Shown: positions 1-10,326 of the stretch, one piece after another
Position numbering within the stretch: the first letter of the stretch is position 1
How the letters are laid out: every line of letters begins with the position of its first letter
Origin: a phage
Sequence record: NC_101838.1
Strand: one strand, 5' to 3'
Length of the DNA: 64,000 nucleotides
Position numbers and translations under genes: made by a program
The notes under the pieces: model-generated
Seen by the model: the letters and a program-made list of their open reading frames with translations, nothing else
Databases searched by the model: none
Told to the model about the DNA's origin: nothing

Positions 1-584
1 CAGAACGTGTATTTCAATCTGTTGCAATTGGTGGTGGTGCTAAAATAAAGAGAAAAGAAACTATCGAGAAGTCAAAGAAAGATAGGGATAAGGTCTATGT
101 ACATCCAAATGAGGATATTGAAGGATTTTATATCGCAAATGGTAGGCAAATGGTCTTTTACTCCAATAGGCTTTTGGAAATTGACGGGAAAATGCAACCT
201 GCGGAACTAATAACTGATGTTTGGACAGACATTAGTTGGAATGGAATAGCAAATGAAGGCGGCGTTAGTTTCAAAAATGGGAAAAAACCAGAAGCGCTTT
301 TGAAGCGGATTTTCGAAATGTGTACGCGAGAAGGTGATTTGGTATTGGATTCATTTGGTGGTTCGGGAACTACTGCTGCTGTAGCTCACAAGATGAAAAG
401 ACGTTGGATCTCAATCGAGCTAGGTGATCATTGTCATACCCATATTATTCCGCGCTTGGAAAAAGTGATCGATGGTGAAGATCAAGGTGGTATTTCTAAG
501 TCTGTAAACTGGCAAGGTGGTGGTGGTTTCCGTTATTACAAACTTACCCCGACCTTAATTGCGAAAGATAAGTCTGATCAATAA
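1..584 (+). CDS. DNA N6-adenine/N4-cytosine methyltransferase (beta-class), C-terminal part; 5' end lies outside window
   Basis: Frame open from window start; SAM-binding motif DSFGGSGTT near C-terminus. Confidence 0.7.
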   Translation, partial: ERVFQSVAIGGGAKIKRKETIEKSKKDRDKVYVHPNEDIEGFYIANGRQMVFYSNRLLEIDGKMQPAELITDVWTDISWNGIANEGGVSFKNGKKPEALLKRIFEMCTREGDLVLDSFGGSGTTAAVAHKMKRRWISIELGDHCHTHIIPRLEKVIDGEDQGGISKSVNWQGGGGFRYYKLTPTLIAKDKSDQ

Positions 585-597
585 AGAGTACAATCAA

Positions 598-903
598 ATG
601 ATGAAACGTTATAAACCATACACTTTTGAAATCGATTTCGAACTTGACGATATGTTCACTGTGGAAGCTCAGGCAGTTGTCCAGTTGCCAGACCCAGAGT
701 GCCGTGATTCTGATGTTGACTATTATGGATTTAGACAGATCACTGATGTACATGTTTACCACAACGGCGAAGAGATTGACTTCCACCAACTGCCAAACGC
801 TGTGCGCCACTCAATTTACAAACGTGCAGCCCGTGAACTAGAGTCCTATCTGGATGCAGCTACAACAGCGGCTGCATTTGCTGAAGAAGTAGGAGGTTTC
901 TGA
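598..903 (+). CDS. hypothetical protein
   Basis: ORF track 559..903; internal ATG chosen; start uncertain. Confidence 0.4.
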   Translation: MMKRYKPYTFEIDFELDDMFTVEAQAVVQLPDPECRDSDVDYYGFRQITDVHVYHNGEEIDFHQLPNAVRHSIYKRAARELESYLDAATTAAAFAEEVGGF

Positions 904-1298
904 TGATTACAGGTGTGAAGGTTATCCAATACCACTTAACCAAATTGGAAGATGCTGAAAAAGAGCTTGCAGAAGTTCTGAACAGCGGGTATACTTTTCT
1001 ATCATGCGCCTGCTCAGACACCTACGTTGTGTGGACACTTATCCGGAAGGAAGAGCCTGCAGGGATCTTGGTGCCAAATCCTAAGATTATTAGTGAGGTG
1101 GATGACTACTCTCAGGACGGCCTGCCAGAAGGTTGGGAAGTATGGGAAGGTGGTGAAAACCCTGCACCAGGTAAGTGGGTAAAATACAAACTACGTAGCG
1201 GTGCACAGTACGCTGACTACTCTGATGACCTAGACTGGAGTCATTCTTCACCAGGATCATCTGCAAGTTCATATGATATCGTAGCTTTTCAGGAATAA
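903..1298 (+). CDS. hypothetical protein
   Basis: ORF with AGGAGG RBS upstream; ATGA overlap with previous stop. Confidence 0.55.
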   Translation: MITGVKVIQYHLTKLEDAEKELAEVLNSGYTFLSCACSDTYVVWTLIRKEEPAGILVPNPKIISEVDDYSQDGLPEGWEVWEGGENPAPGKWVKYKLRSGAQYADYSDDLDWSHSSPGSSASSYDIVAFQE

Positions 1299-1310
1299 GG
1301 AGAAGAAGGT

Positions 1311-1793
1311 ATGTCAGATTTTATGTGGAAAGTAGGTTACGCAACCCCTGAAATGTGTGAGGCTTGCTTTGTTAAAATAGGCCGCGAGGATATCGACAAA
1401 GTGATCCTTAAGTTTCGTGATGTGGCTGTGATCGGCAACCGAGTGCTTAAGCACTTAAAGAATCTGAAGCTCACCAAAAAGAAGTTCTTCGGACTTTTCG
1501 AAGAGAAGGTTGATGCTTGGACTCATTGCATTCAGGAAGCCAAATCCCACTACAGTGCCATCGTTACTCCAGAACGGGTAGCAAAGATGGAAGGATTCAT
1601 CAACAGCACAGAATTTGAGTGCCTAAAGGCTGCCCTTGATAGCTATCCAAAGTGCCTCAAACACCTTGACAAGTATGCAGAAAAGGATGGTGAAATGTAT
1701 CTCACCCTGGACGCATATTATGAGATGCAAGAAATTTTAAATTTAGATTTGACATTGGTATCCACCGAGTATACAATAGGTATCCGGGTTTAA
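1311..1793 (+). CDS. hypothetical protein
   Basis: ORF with AAGGAG RBS; followed by intrinsic terminator. Confidence 0.55.
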   Translation: MSDFMWKVGYATPEMCEACFVKIGREDIDKVILKFRDVAVIGNRVLKHLKNLKLTKKKFFGLFEEKVDAWTHCIQEAKSHYSAIVTPERVAKMEGFINSTEFECLKAALDSYPKCLKHLDKYAEKDGEMYLTLDAYYEMQEILNLDLTLVSTEYTIGIRV

Positions 1794-1801
1794 CACTAGG
1801 C

Positions 1802-1826
1802 CCTGCCCGAAAGGGTGGGGCTTTTT
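1802..1826 (+). terminator. rho-independent terminator
   Basis: Hairpin CCCTGCCC-GAAA-GGGTGGGG followed by TTTTT directly after stop at 1793. Confidence 0.6.
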
Positions 1827-1844
1827 GCATTAGGAGACAGCAAA

Positions 1845-2609
1845 TTGAAATTTATCTACAAAGAACACTACCACAAAGGTGTTGTGTGGAGTCTATTTGA
1901 CGGGTCTGGTGGTGCAGTCATTGACTGGGCAAAAGCTGGGTACCTGTGCCTGTGCTTTAATGCAGAAGGTGCTGATCACGGCAGTTATGCAGAGGTTATA
2001 ACCGATCATCCCAACATTCACTATGTGGATTATTGGATTGACCCATGGTTCCCTCAGGAAACTTTTTGCATGTACCCAGCTCCAGACTTTATTCTTGCAT
2101 TTCCTCCGTGCACGCATTTAGCGGTATCAGGTGCTGCACATTTTAAGAAAAAGCTGGCTAAGGACCCCATGATCCAAATTAATGCTGTAAAGGATGCTCG
2201 GGTTGCGGAAGAGCTGGGAGAGATTTACGATTGCCCGTGGCATGTAGAGAATCCTGTGGGTGTTATGTCCACACTGTGGCGTAAACCTGATTACCGTTTT
2301 CATCCTTCTGACTATGGTGGGTATTTACCGGAGGATGATGTAAACCCTTGGTTTCCTGAATTTATAGCTCCACGTGATGCCTATCCAAAAATAACTTGCG
2401 GCTGGATAGGTAATGGATTTATAATCCCGCCCACAAAACCTGTCCCGCAAATAGTTGACGCGGTTAGCGGGTATTCCATGCAACACGCCAAGCTGGGTGG
2501 GAAGAGTGCAAGAACGAAGATGATCCGAAGCCTCACACCACGTGGCTGGGCAAAAGCTGTATTCTTAGCAAACGAGCCTGTAGTAAGGAGCAGAATTAAT
2601 GGGAAGTAA
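1845..2609 (+). CDS. DNA cytosine-C5 methyltransferase-like protein (short form)
   Basis: Motifs LFDGSGG (motif I-like), FPPC (PC motif), ENPVG (ENV-like); no ATG, probable TTG start after AGGAG RBS. Confidence 0.45.
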   Translation: MKFIYKEHYHKGVVWSLFDGSGGAVIDWAKAGYLCLCFNAEGADHGSYAEVITDHPNIHYVDYWIDPWFPQETFCMYPAPDFILAFPPCTHLAVSGAAHFKKKLAKDPMIQINAVKDARVAEELGEIYDCPWHVENPVGVMSTLWRKPDYRFHPSDYGGYLPEDDVNPWFPEFIAPRDAYPKITCGWIGNGFIIPPTKPVPQIVDAVSGYSMQHAKLGGKSARTKMIRSLTPRGWAKAVFLANEPVVRSRINGK

Positions 2610-4677
2610 ATTTATGGCATCTGCATACAACCGTTTCGGTGAGCCAAACCCGAAAGCAACTAAGTATAAAAGCGGGGGAAGTGTGAAACGAGACTATCGT
2701 GATGAAAAAGAAGTTGAAACTGTAGAGACTGTTTTAGAAAATACTAAAATTGTCCCTGTCCCACAACAAAATATCGGTCTGATGGCTGCACAATATTTTG
2801 GTGTGCGATCAGCATTGTCCCAAGAAGACGGTGTGACAGTCACTGCAACATATTTCCCATATTACGACCGCTACGGAAATCTGTCCGGTTTCAAAAAGCG
2901 CGACTGGACGATTCCTAAAGAGCAAAGGGGCCATTTCTCCGTTGTTGGCATAGTAAAGGCTAACTCTCAGATGTTTGGTCAAAAGCTGTGTGCATCTTCC
3001 AACAACCGTAAGCAGATTAACGTTTGTGAGGGAGAAGGTGATGTTATTGCAGCATGGCAGGCTGCATATCAGATACAAGTAAAAGGGATTCTCACCAACG
3101 CTAAAGCCCCGGCAAAGGTGAAGCAGTGGGCTAAAGAGGTCCAGGACGGGATCGACGCAGTTATCAACGGTGGTGATCTGGCAGGAAAACCCTGCCTGCC
3201 TTTTGTTGGAATTAACTGTGGATGTGCAAACGCAGTAGATACTTTTGCAAACAATGAGAAGTTTATCCGCAGCTATGGAACAGTTGTGCTGGCAATGGAT
3301 AACGATGCAGCTAACGAGGTAGAGAAGCAAAAACACGTCATTAAAGGTGTTGAGGCCACGCACAATATCGCAGCATTTTTGATGGCTGATAACGTTTACC
3401 ACGTAGAATACCCTGGTGAAGTAAATGACCCTGACGGGGTAAAAGATATCCGTGACATGCTGAAGGCTAAAAAGCTGGAAGATATTGTCAACATGTTCCG
3501 GCACCCTGTTAAATATGTGCCTGATGCTGTGTCGGATTTAGAAGACTTCTCTATCGAGTCTTTGCGGAAAAAGACTTCCAACGGGGTAGATATCAGCGCA
3601 GAGTTCCCAAAACTGCAAAAAATGCTAAAAGGCTTGCACAAAGGGACACTCGTAATGCTTACAGGGCCATCAGGGGGCGGTAAAACAACTGTAGCTAAAA
3701 AACTGGAACATTGTATTGCAAGATACCTAATGGACCCGACATGCCCGAAGGCTGATGACTATGAAGAGGATGATCGTCTATGTATGATCCATCTTGAGGA
3801 GGACCCAGAGGAAGCAATTAACTCCTTGTATGCAAACCAGTTAGGGTTTGATGTTAAAGAGTTTGTTGAAGATCCTAGCCAGTTTTTAACTGATCAAGAA
3901 CACGCAGAGATTCACCAATCATGGGCAAAAGCTGGAAAAATCAAAGTGTTCAAACATTTCGGATCTATTCCGGTGGACGAGTTGATTACCAAGCTTAAGC
4001 AAATGGTTTGCCTGTACCATTGCCGTTATATTGTGCTGGATCACCTGTCCATGGTAATTTCAGGGCTTAATGTTAAGGATGAGCGAAAAGAACTGGACAT
4101 GGCTATGACTCAGCTGGCTGCGTTTTGTAAGCAGTTTAACGTGTTTATCTTGGTGATCGCTCACCTCAAACGTACAGAGATTGTGCCTCCTAAGGACAAG
4201 GATGGTAACCCGTTACCTTTCTGGTATCCTGTGCGAAAAGAGAATTTGCGAGGATCGGCGGGGCTTGAACAGTTGAGTTGGGTAGTCATAGGTGTCGAGG
4301 CCGAAGAAATGGTGGATCGTTCTCGTGGACGTGTCCGTCTGGTAGGTCTTAAAAACCGTCCAGCAAAAACTCTAGGTATTGCTGACACTTTGGTTATGGA
4401 CCCGCACACAGGTAAGTTCCATGATGCCAGTAATTGGTACTGGGACAAAGAAATGCAAATGTTTACAGACGGAGAAGGTGGGGAGGTTGTTTGGAGACCT
4501 CAGGCTATGTTTGAGGATCAGGAGCATGCAGTTGTAGAAACACCTATGGGCAAGGTTGTGGCTGATAAGGTTGTAACTCCTACTGTTAAGCCTGTTGACA
4601 CGCAGGAAGACCTCCAGTACGATGATCCATCCTCTGACCCGGTCCCTGGTTTTGAGGATGATGAAACGCCTTTTTAA
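2599..4677 (+). CDS. DNA primase/helicase fusion (toprim primase + DnaB-like helicase)
   Basis: Toprim motifs CEGEGD and MDNDAAN; Walker A GPSGGGKTT; Walker B IVLDHL; acidic C-terminal tail EDDETPF. Confidence 0.85.
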   Translation: MGSKFMASAYNRFGEPNPKATKYKSGGSVKRDYRDEKEVETVETVLENTKIVPVPQQNIGLMAAQYFGVRSALSQEDGVTVTATYFPYYDRYGNLSGFKKRDWTIPKEQRGHFSVVGIVKANSQMFGQKLCASSNNRKQINVCEGEGDVIAAWQAAYQIQVKGILTNAKAPAKVKQWAKEVQDGIDAVINGGDLAGKPCLPFVGINCGCANAVDTFANNEKFIRSYGTVVLAMDNDAANEVEKQKHVIKGVEATHNIAAFLMADNVYHVEYPGEVNDPDGVKDIRDMLKAKKLEDIVNMFRHPVKYVPDAVSDLEDFSIESLRKKTSNGVDISAEFPKLQKMLKGLHKGTLVMLTGPSGGGKTTVAKKLEHCIARYLMDPTCPKADDYEEDDRLCMIHLEEDPEEAINSLYANQLGFDVKEFVEDPSQFLTDQEHAEIHQSWAKAGKIKVFKHFGSIPVDELITKLKQMVCLYHCRYIVLDHLSMVISGLNVKDERKELDMAMTQLAAFCKQFNVFILVIAHLKRTEIVPPKDKDGNPLPFWYPVRKENLRGSAGLEQLSWVVIGVEAEEMVDRSRGRVRLVGLKNRPAKTLGIADTLVMDPHTGKFHDASNWYWDKEMQMFTDGEGGEVVWRPQAMFEDQEHAVVETPMGKVVADKVVTPTVKPVDTQEDLQYDDPSSDPVPGFEDDETPF

Positions 4678-4693
4678 TGTTTAACAAAGAGTG

Positions 4694-4724
4694 GGAGGGG
4701 TAGTACAACCGCCTCCCCTTTAAG
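4694..4724 (+). terminator. hairpin between helicase and polymerase genes (weak terminator/attenuator)
   Basis: GGGAGG...CCTCCC stem followed by short T stretch. Confidence 0.3.
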
Positions 4725-4735
4725 GAGAACTGTAT

Positions 4736-7513
4736 ATGAGTATGTGGTCTTTCGATTTTGAGTCATCCGGTTTGCTGGAAGACCCAGATCTTTATTATCA
4801 CTGCGGTCTGTTTAAAGAGCTGAATAAGAACCGTTTTATGCTGTTCCTTCCTCTAAATGACCGCACACACTACTCCGAGGAGGATATAGAAAAGGCTAAG
4901 AACTTCATTCTGGCAAAGAAAACTCTTTATAAAGATTTTGAAGTTCGCATAGCAGATTTTTCGGAGTTGGAAGGTTGGCTTACAGGCAATTCTGACTGGT
5001 CACCAACAGCTTTGAACTGCCATAACTGCTACAGTTATGACTTTATGCTAATGGAAAGATTATCCGGTATTCATTTTGATATGTTCCGTGATCCTAAATG
5101 CATGGGGACTATCAACGACCACCAGGTTAACCTGTTTGATACGTTGGCGATGAGCAGAATCTTGTGGCCTGATCGCCCTTTACCAAAAGGTTGTCCGGAC
5201 TCTGTATTCAACCCGGTTACTAAGAAAATGCAGCCTGTTGGTCCTCACGGCCTTATGGCATGGGGCTACGCCCTTGGTAACCAGAAAGTTCAAATTGATG
5301 ACTGGCGAGATCTTCCGTTGTGGAAGTATGTGGATCGTGTATTCGAGGACGTTATCATCCAGGAGCTGCTCTGGAAAGAGCTGGTAGCGGAATCAAAAGG
5401 TGTATTCTACGGCAAATCTGACATGCAGAACTTTATGTACGATCCAGCCAAAGAGAAGCCGAAAGGGTTCAAGAAAATCACCTGGAAGAACGCATTACGC
5501 CGAGGCATGCTGCAGCACTTCCTGATGGAGCTGCAGGCCCGTCAGGGTGTGTATTTCGACATAGATGGGGCTATTGCTTTACGTGACCGTTGCGATGCGT
5601 GGATGAAAGAGATCGCTGATCGTGTTGAACCTCAACTTCCTTTAAAAGAGTTGTCAATGTCTCAGCGGCCCAAGTTCCCTGAAAAGCCGTTTAACCAAGA
5701 TGGGACAATCTCCAATAATGGTTGGAAATGGTTAAAAGATAAGCTTGGCTATCCTGTAGACATGAGCGCTTTAGAATTCAAAGCCCCGCCTAAGCGAGCA
5801 TTTACCTCCACAGGAGATGTCAGCAAGATGGGGATAAAATGGTGCGAAGAGATGGGCTGCAAAGACCCCGACAAGATGGCTGATTTCTTGAGAGGTTATA
5901 TTAAGGGCACCTCCACACCACAACCTTTACCTAAAGAGCTGATGGATCAGGCAATAAGTGATCTGCAGCAGAAGCGAATGCCTGACTGCAAGATACCTAT
6001 GAAAATCAGCAATCAGGACGACATTAAGCGATACCTGATCAGTGCTGGTTGGCTTCCGACAATGTGGAGAACTAAGGATGTAACTAAGGACAGCAAGAAG
6101 AAAGCTCTACCTGATGCAGATGTTGATGCACGAGTATATGCATACATGGACGAGCTTTTAGAGTCAGAGTATTGTGACCTAATTATCAACTTCTGGAACA
6201 AAACTGATGCTAAGTTTCAGACAACAGTGCACAAGTTCCGAAGCTTTCCTAACTCCGAAAGGATTAAAAAGGAAGTGTTCGGGAAAATACGCAGAAAAGC
6301 CAGGGCACTTATTACTTCTCCGCAACTGAAAGATACGTTTGGACACCTATGTCCGAATCTTGAAAAATTGAACGGAGAGATGGCTAAAGATATCGTCTTG
6401 TGGTTATCATTGCGAAACCGCAGATCGGTCCTTGATCCAATCAAGGAGGATAAGGTTGATACTGGTCTTCTTAATCACCCACGTTTGAAGATTGACCATA
6501 AGCTTCCTGCTAAAAGCTCTGGATTAACAAACACTTCCCGACAGAAACACAGTATTTGTGCAAACATGCCTAAACCATCTCCTAAAGTGGTTATGGGTAA
6601 AGAGATGCGTAGCTTGTGGGGTGTTCCTCCTGGATATTTTGAGATCGGTATTGACGGGTCCAACTTAGAGCAGCTTATCGGGGCTTGGGGTGCCTTTGAG
6701 TTCGACAACGGCTTGTACTATGATGTTGTAAGTAACGGAGACGCACACCAAAACAATGCTGAGGCATATACAAAAGTAGCAGGCAGAGAGGTGTCTCGTA
6801 ACGACGGTAAACCTATCACGTATGGGGTTATGTACGGGGCACAAAAAGATAAAGTTGCAGATATGCTGGATATCTCCCCAGAGTTGGGGCAAAGGGTGAT
6901 CGATGCACTTTGGGATGCCAACCCCGGTCTTAAGGGGCGCAAAGAGGATCTGGAGAAATTCTGGGAAGCAACAGGTAAGAAGTTTATCTACTCTTTTGAT
7001 GGTCATGCTATCTGGACCCGATCTAAACACTCTTTACTTAATGCATACCAACAAAATGGTGGTGCATCGCTGTGTGACTTAGTTGGGATACTCATGCACC
7101 ACCAAATGGTGAAGCGTGGGTGGTACGATGAAGGTGTCCGTCGTATTATCTATTACCATGACGAATATCAGCTTCAAGTGCCTGACACACCGAAGTATAA
7201 GACTGTGTACACCTTCGACACAATTGAAGAACTGGAAGCATTTAAGGCAGAGCAGGAAGCCAAACTTCATGTGTTCGACGGTCATAAGTACAAAAAGGCA
7301 CGCAAGGATGAGGACGGAAACGAAGTGGTTGACAGAGACGGAAACACGGTGTACGATCCTATCCTGAACGATGACGGAAAGCTTGAACTTATCTGGAGCC
7401 CTGTGGGTGAAATGGTGGTGCATTGCTTCTGGCAAGCTTCTAAAATGATGGGAGTCCCGTTCCAGATCACAGGTGAATACTTGTGTGGTCGTAACTGGGG
7501 TGATTGTCACTAA
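4736..7513 (+). CDS. DNA polymerase, family A (Pol I-like) with 3'-5' exonuclease domain
   Basis: Exo I motif FDFESSG; Pol A motif B KPITYGVMYGAQ; motif C YHDEYQ; AAGGAGA RBS. Confidence 0.9.
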   Translation: MSMWSFDFESSGLLEDPDLYYHCGLFKELNKNRFMLFLPLNDRTHYSEEDIEKAKNFILAKKTLYKDFEVRIADFSELEGWLTGNSDWSPTALNCHNCYSYDFMLMERLSGIHFDMFRDPKCMGTINDHQVNLFDTLAMSRILWPDRPLPKGCPDSVFNPVTKKMQPVGPHGLMAWGYALGNQKVQIDDWRDLPLWKYVDRVFEDVIIQELLWKELVAESKGVFYGKSDMQNFMYDPAKEKPKGFKKITWKNALRRGMLQHFLMELQARQGVYFDIDGAIALRDRCDAWMKEIADRVEPQLPLKELSMSQRPKFPEKPFNQDGTISNNGWKWLKDKLGYPVDMSALEFKAPPKRAFTSTGDVSKMGIKWCEEMGCKDPDKMADFLRGYIKGTSTPQPLPKELMDQAISDLQQKRMPDCKIPMKISNQDDIKRYLISAGWLPTMWRTKDVTKDSKKKALPDADVDARVYAYMDELLESEYCDLIINFWNKTDAKFQTTVHKFRSFPNSERIKKEVFGKIRRKARALITSPQLKDTFGHLCPNLEKLNGEMAKDIVLWLSLRNRRSVLDPIKEDKVDTGLLNHPRLKIDHKLPAKSSGLTNTSRQKHSICANMPKPSPKVVMGKEMRSLWGVPPGYFEIGIDGSNLEQLIGAWGAFEFDNGLYYDVVSNGDAHQNNAEAYTKVAGREVSRNDGKPITYGVMYGAQKDKVADMLDISPELGQRVIDALWDANPGLKGRKEDLEKFWEATGKKFIYSFDGHAIWTRSKHSLLNAYQQNGGASLCDLVGILMHHQMVKRGWYDEGVRRIIYYHDEYQLQVPDTPKYKTVYTFDTIEELEAFKAEQEAKLHVFDGHKYKKARKDEDGNEVVDRDGNTVYDPILNDDGKLELIWSPVGEMVVHCFWQASKMMGVPFQITGEYLCGRNWGDCH

Positions 7514-7562
7514 TGTAAACTATCAGCACAGGGAGGTGCTGTTGAGCAAAGAGGAGACTTTT

Positions 7563-7847
7563 ATGGTAGTAGAGCCAACAAAAACATTTACATCCATGAC
7601 CATTCCTGTTATTATGCAGGTGGAGTGTGTTCAGGTATCTCAAGTGTGGCCTGGCACCAAAATCCCAACAGGGCCTGATTTCTTTCAGGTTGGGAAAGTG
7701 TACAATGTCTGGAAGGCACCAGATTGTTACCCTTTCATTAAAGATGACCGTGGGATGCTGTGGTATCTTGGAAATGACTTGACACTGCACCTTGGGAATG
7801 CTATTATTGCAGTATTCAGACTTAACAAGAAGGAGACCGATCAATGA
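7563..7847 (+). CDS. hypothetical protein
   Basis: Internal ATG with GAGGAG RBS chosen over track start 7473. Confidence 0.45.
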   Translation: MVVEPTKTFTSMTIPVIMQVECVQVSQVWPGTKIPTGPDFFQVGKVYNVWKAPDCYPFIKDDRGMLWYLGNDLTLHLGNAIIAVFRLNKKETDQ

Positions 7848-8071
7848 CGACTTTGGTTAAAGCTACCTTTGTAGAAGAAAAGATGACAGACCTGTCATTC
7901 TTTAAAGAAGGAAAGACCTACGAGGTTTATTACGATAAAGCTCGTGCAAACAAAATGATTAAAGACGAGGAAGGGGTTGCCTGGTATATCTCTCACCTGG
8001 CAAACGGTGAGTATCATATCTACGGAACCACTTTGCTTGCCAAGTTTGTAGTTGTTGAAGAGGACCTATGA
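7844..8071 (+). CDS. hypothetical protein
   Basis: ORF, ATGA overlap with upstream gene. Confidence 0.45.
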   Translation: MTTLVKATFVEEKMTDLSFFKEGKTYEVYYDKARANKMIKDEEGVAWYISHLANGEYHIYGTTLLAKFVVVEEDL

Positions 8072-8262
8072 AAGTAAAGTATCTTGCTGAAGGTATGAAT
8101 AGGTATTTTACCCTTGGGGAAGAATATTGGCCCTTTACAAACAACGGTGATGTCTACGTGAAAGATAATTTCGGCACGCCGTGGTTTCTGCACTCTAATG
8201 GGCTGGGATACTCCATTTACTGCGGTGCAGTGAACAACACAACTCTTGCAGAGTTCGTTTAG
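8068..8262 (+). CDS. hypothetical protein
   Basis: ORF, ATGA overlap with upstream gene. Confidence 0.4.
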   Translation: MKVKYLAEGMNRYFTLGEEYWPFTNNGDVYVKDNFGTPWFLHSNGLGYSIYCGAVNNTTLAEFV

Positions 8263-8272
8263 AGGAGGTAGG

Positions 8273-8644
8273 ATGTTAGTAAAAGGTACCCACACAGTCA
8301 AACAACGTATTGAAGTTGAGATTGATGATTGTGAGCTGAAGCATATTTTACGGTCATGCTCCAACGTTTTGCTCCTTAGTATTCTTCAGGAGCGAGCGGA
8401 GAACGAGTTCTTAAATGCATTGGCAGGCCGTCCCGGTGACTTCTGTGTGCGTAAGCGTGGTGACAACAAGTCATGGTTGTGGGAAATCGATGCCGACTGG
8501 GATTACCACAAAAATGAAGGTATAGATGAGCCTATTCGTGAACTGACTGACAAAGAGATTCAGATGTACAATGAAGTTTGTCATTGGGCAACACGCCAAC
8601 AAATTTACCTAGACCCTGTGTGGCTGATTGAAAATAGCCATTGA
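8273..8644 (+). CDS. hypothetical protein
   Basis: ATG after AGAGGAGG RBS (track start 8246). Confidence 0.45.
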   Translation: MLVKGTHTVKQRIEVEIDDCELKHILRSCSNVLLLSILQERAENEFLNALAGRPGDFCVRKRGDNKSWLWEIDADWDYHKNEGIDEPIRELTDKEIQMYNEVCHWATRQQIYLDPVWLIENSH

Positions 8645-8669
8645 CAAGAAGTAAGATTAGATATAAGAT
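8641..8669 (+). promoter_or_regulatory. sigma70-like promoter
   Basis: TTGACA then TATAAG/ATAAGA -10. Confidence 0.45.
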
Positions 8670-8720
8670 GCTTCGCACAAACAGAGTGTTGATTTTTAAA
8701 TAACTAAGGAGACTGCTAAG

Positions 8721-8975
8721 ATGAAAATTACTTTGAAGTCAGAATGCGTTGCAAATGACCGAGCTTTTAAAGATTGCACAGTCGGTGCAATTTATGAAGC
8801 AGAGTTTTGTGAGAACCCTCTGGTAAAAGCCCTCCTGGAAGAAGGGGCCCCTTTATCACAAGAAGAGATCGATGAGCTGGAAAACTCAGCACAGTGCCTT
8901 ACCTTTAAAGATGATGAAGGAGACTCTGTATGGTGCACTGTTAATGAAGTAGTTTTTGTAAAACCTGAACATTAA
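8721..8975 (+). CDS. hypothetical protein, Cys-motif family (paralog of 9039..9299)
   Basis: AAGGAG RBS; motifs DRAFKDCT and GDSVWCT shared with next gene. Confidence 0.55.
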   Translation: MKITLKSECVANDRAFKDCTVGAIYEAEFCENPLVKALLEEGAPLSQEEIDELENSAQCLTFKDDEGDSVWCTVNEVVFVKPEH

Positions 8976-8978
8976 TAC

Positions 8979-9007
8979 TTGACAACAGTGATGGGGCCTA
9001 ATATAAT
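8979..9007 (+). promoter_or_regulatory. sigma70 promoter
   Basis: TTGACA-N17-TATAAT. Confidence 0.55.
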
Positions 9008-9038
9008 GGCCCTATCAAAACGAAAGGGGACCACAGCA

Positions 9039-9299
9039 ATGACCAAACAATACCAACGAATTAAAGCCAAGGTTAAGCCAGACTATCTGGAGAAAGACTC
9101 TGCTTTTCGGGACTGCACAGCCGACAAAGTTTACACAGGGACTGTCCTGTTGAACGATAAACTTGAAGTAGATGTGCTGGGTAAAGAGGCCGTTATCGAG
9201 GATGACAACGGTGACTGTGTTTTCTGCACCACACGGGAGCTAGAAGTCTTAGAATACTTCGGTGAAATCTTCAACTCTTTAGACGACGAGGAAGCGTGA
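9039..9299 (+). CDS. hypothetical protein, Cys-motif family (paralog of 8721..8975)
   Basis: ATG downstream of promoter; motifs DSAFRDCT and GDCVFCT. Confidence 0.5.
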   Translation: MTKQYQRIKAKVKPDYLEKDSAFRDCTADKVYTGTVLLNDKLEVDVLGKEAVIEDDNGDCVFCTTRELEVLEYFGEIFNSLDDEEA

Positions 9300-9688
9300 T
9301 GAAAAATATTTGGGATATTGATATCTTTGAAGCCTCTAAGCTTGACGGTGCTGATGGAGTTATTATGGTGTCTGATGGCAAGGCAACACTAACTTCCGGA
9401 GATATCATCTATGCCTTGGACGAGCTGGCGCTTCTGAAATCTACCGGTAACACTTTAGAGGAGCGTCTTCAAGGCTTCGCCTTCAAAGAAGGTACAAATA
9501 CCGCCATGATGTGCACCACACGGACAGTTCAGGTTGGTAACGGTGTCTATATGATCATTGCGGTGTGTTATAAATTCAGCAACGTCAATAAAGATGATGC
9601 TGACGCTGTCAACGATGTGGTTGTTCTCTTCGTAGGTGACGCTATGGCAGACCTGATGAATGCAGGAGAAGCGGCAAATGAAGACTGA
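9296..9688 (+). CDS. hypothetical protein
   Basis: ORF, overlap-coupled. Confidence 0.5.
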   Translation: MMKNIWDIDIFEASKLDGADGVIMVSDGKATLTSGDIIYALDELALLKSTGNTLEERLQGFAFKEGTNTAMMCTTRTVQVGNGVYMIIAVCYKFSNVNKDDADAVNDVVVLFVGDAMADLMNAGEAANED

Positions 9689-9980
9689 AAACATTACCCC
9701 AGCAGGGTTCTTAAAAGTATACCGTGAACTGCTATATACTACAGAGGACAGTGTTCTAGAGTATCCAGAATATCTTTTGCTGTATAAGTATCTGCAGGAG
9801 GCTGGTGAAAATCTGCCAGTTAGTGCAGAAGGTGGTCCGAACTGGATATACAGCGCATGGAGAAAGGTTGACATTCTCCCAGATCCAGGTAAAGATATGG
9901 TAGTTTGGCAGCTTATCAACAACATTGGGATTCCAATCTTTGATGAAGCTGTTAAAATCTATTTTGAACTTGACGATTAA
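9678..9980 (+). CDS. hypothetical protein
   Basis: ATG after AGGAGAAG RBS (track start 9660). Confidence 0.45.
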   Translation: MKTENITPAGFLKVYRELLYTTEDSVLEYPEYLLLYKYLQEAGENLPVSAEGGPNWIYSAWRKVDILPDPGKDMVVWQLINNIGIPIFDEAVKIYFELDD

Positions 9981-9997
9981 TATCAGGAGACCTTAAG

Positions 9998-10243
9998 ATG
10001 ACTGAAGTAGTTGCTCGCGCAGGACAGAAAGTACGTTGTGTTGAAGTAGGTTTTGGTGGCAAAGGGTGTCAAAACTTGACTCAAGGTAAGGAATACGCTG
10101 TTATTTCTGGTGGTGGCGACGAAAGTATTGTGTTCGAGGGCCACATCCTGGATGCTGAAAACTTTGAAATCTTTGACGACGATGGGGATCCAATCACCTG
10201 CCTGCTGGACGGGAATTGGGGAACTTTCGAAGTGATTGGCTAA
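9998..10243 (+). CDS. hypothetical protein
   Basis: ORF with CAGGAGA RBS. Confidence 0.5.
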   Translation: MTEVVARAGQKVRCVEVGFGGKGCQNLTQGKEYAVISGGGDESIVFEGHILDAENFEIFDDDGDPITCLLDGNWGTFEVIG

Positions 10244-10326
10244 CAAATACCTATTGTAATTTGCAGAAGGGGATGCTAAAATAGTGTCTCCTTCTATGTT
10301 GTTCAAATAAAATCGGAGATTCCATA

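Noticed and set aside
2809-7510. Antisense ORFs inside the primase-helicase and polymerase genes (e.g. 2809..3504, 6665..7030, 7079..7510 on minus strand)
   Set aside because: Embedded opposite to long, motif-supported genes in a block with uniform plus-strand coding; typical shadow ORFs.
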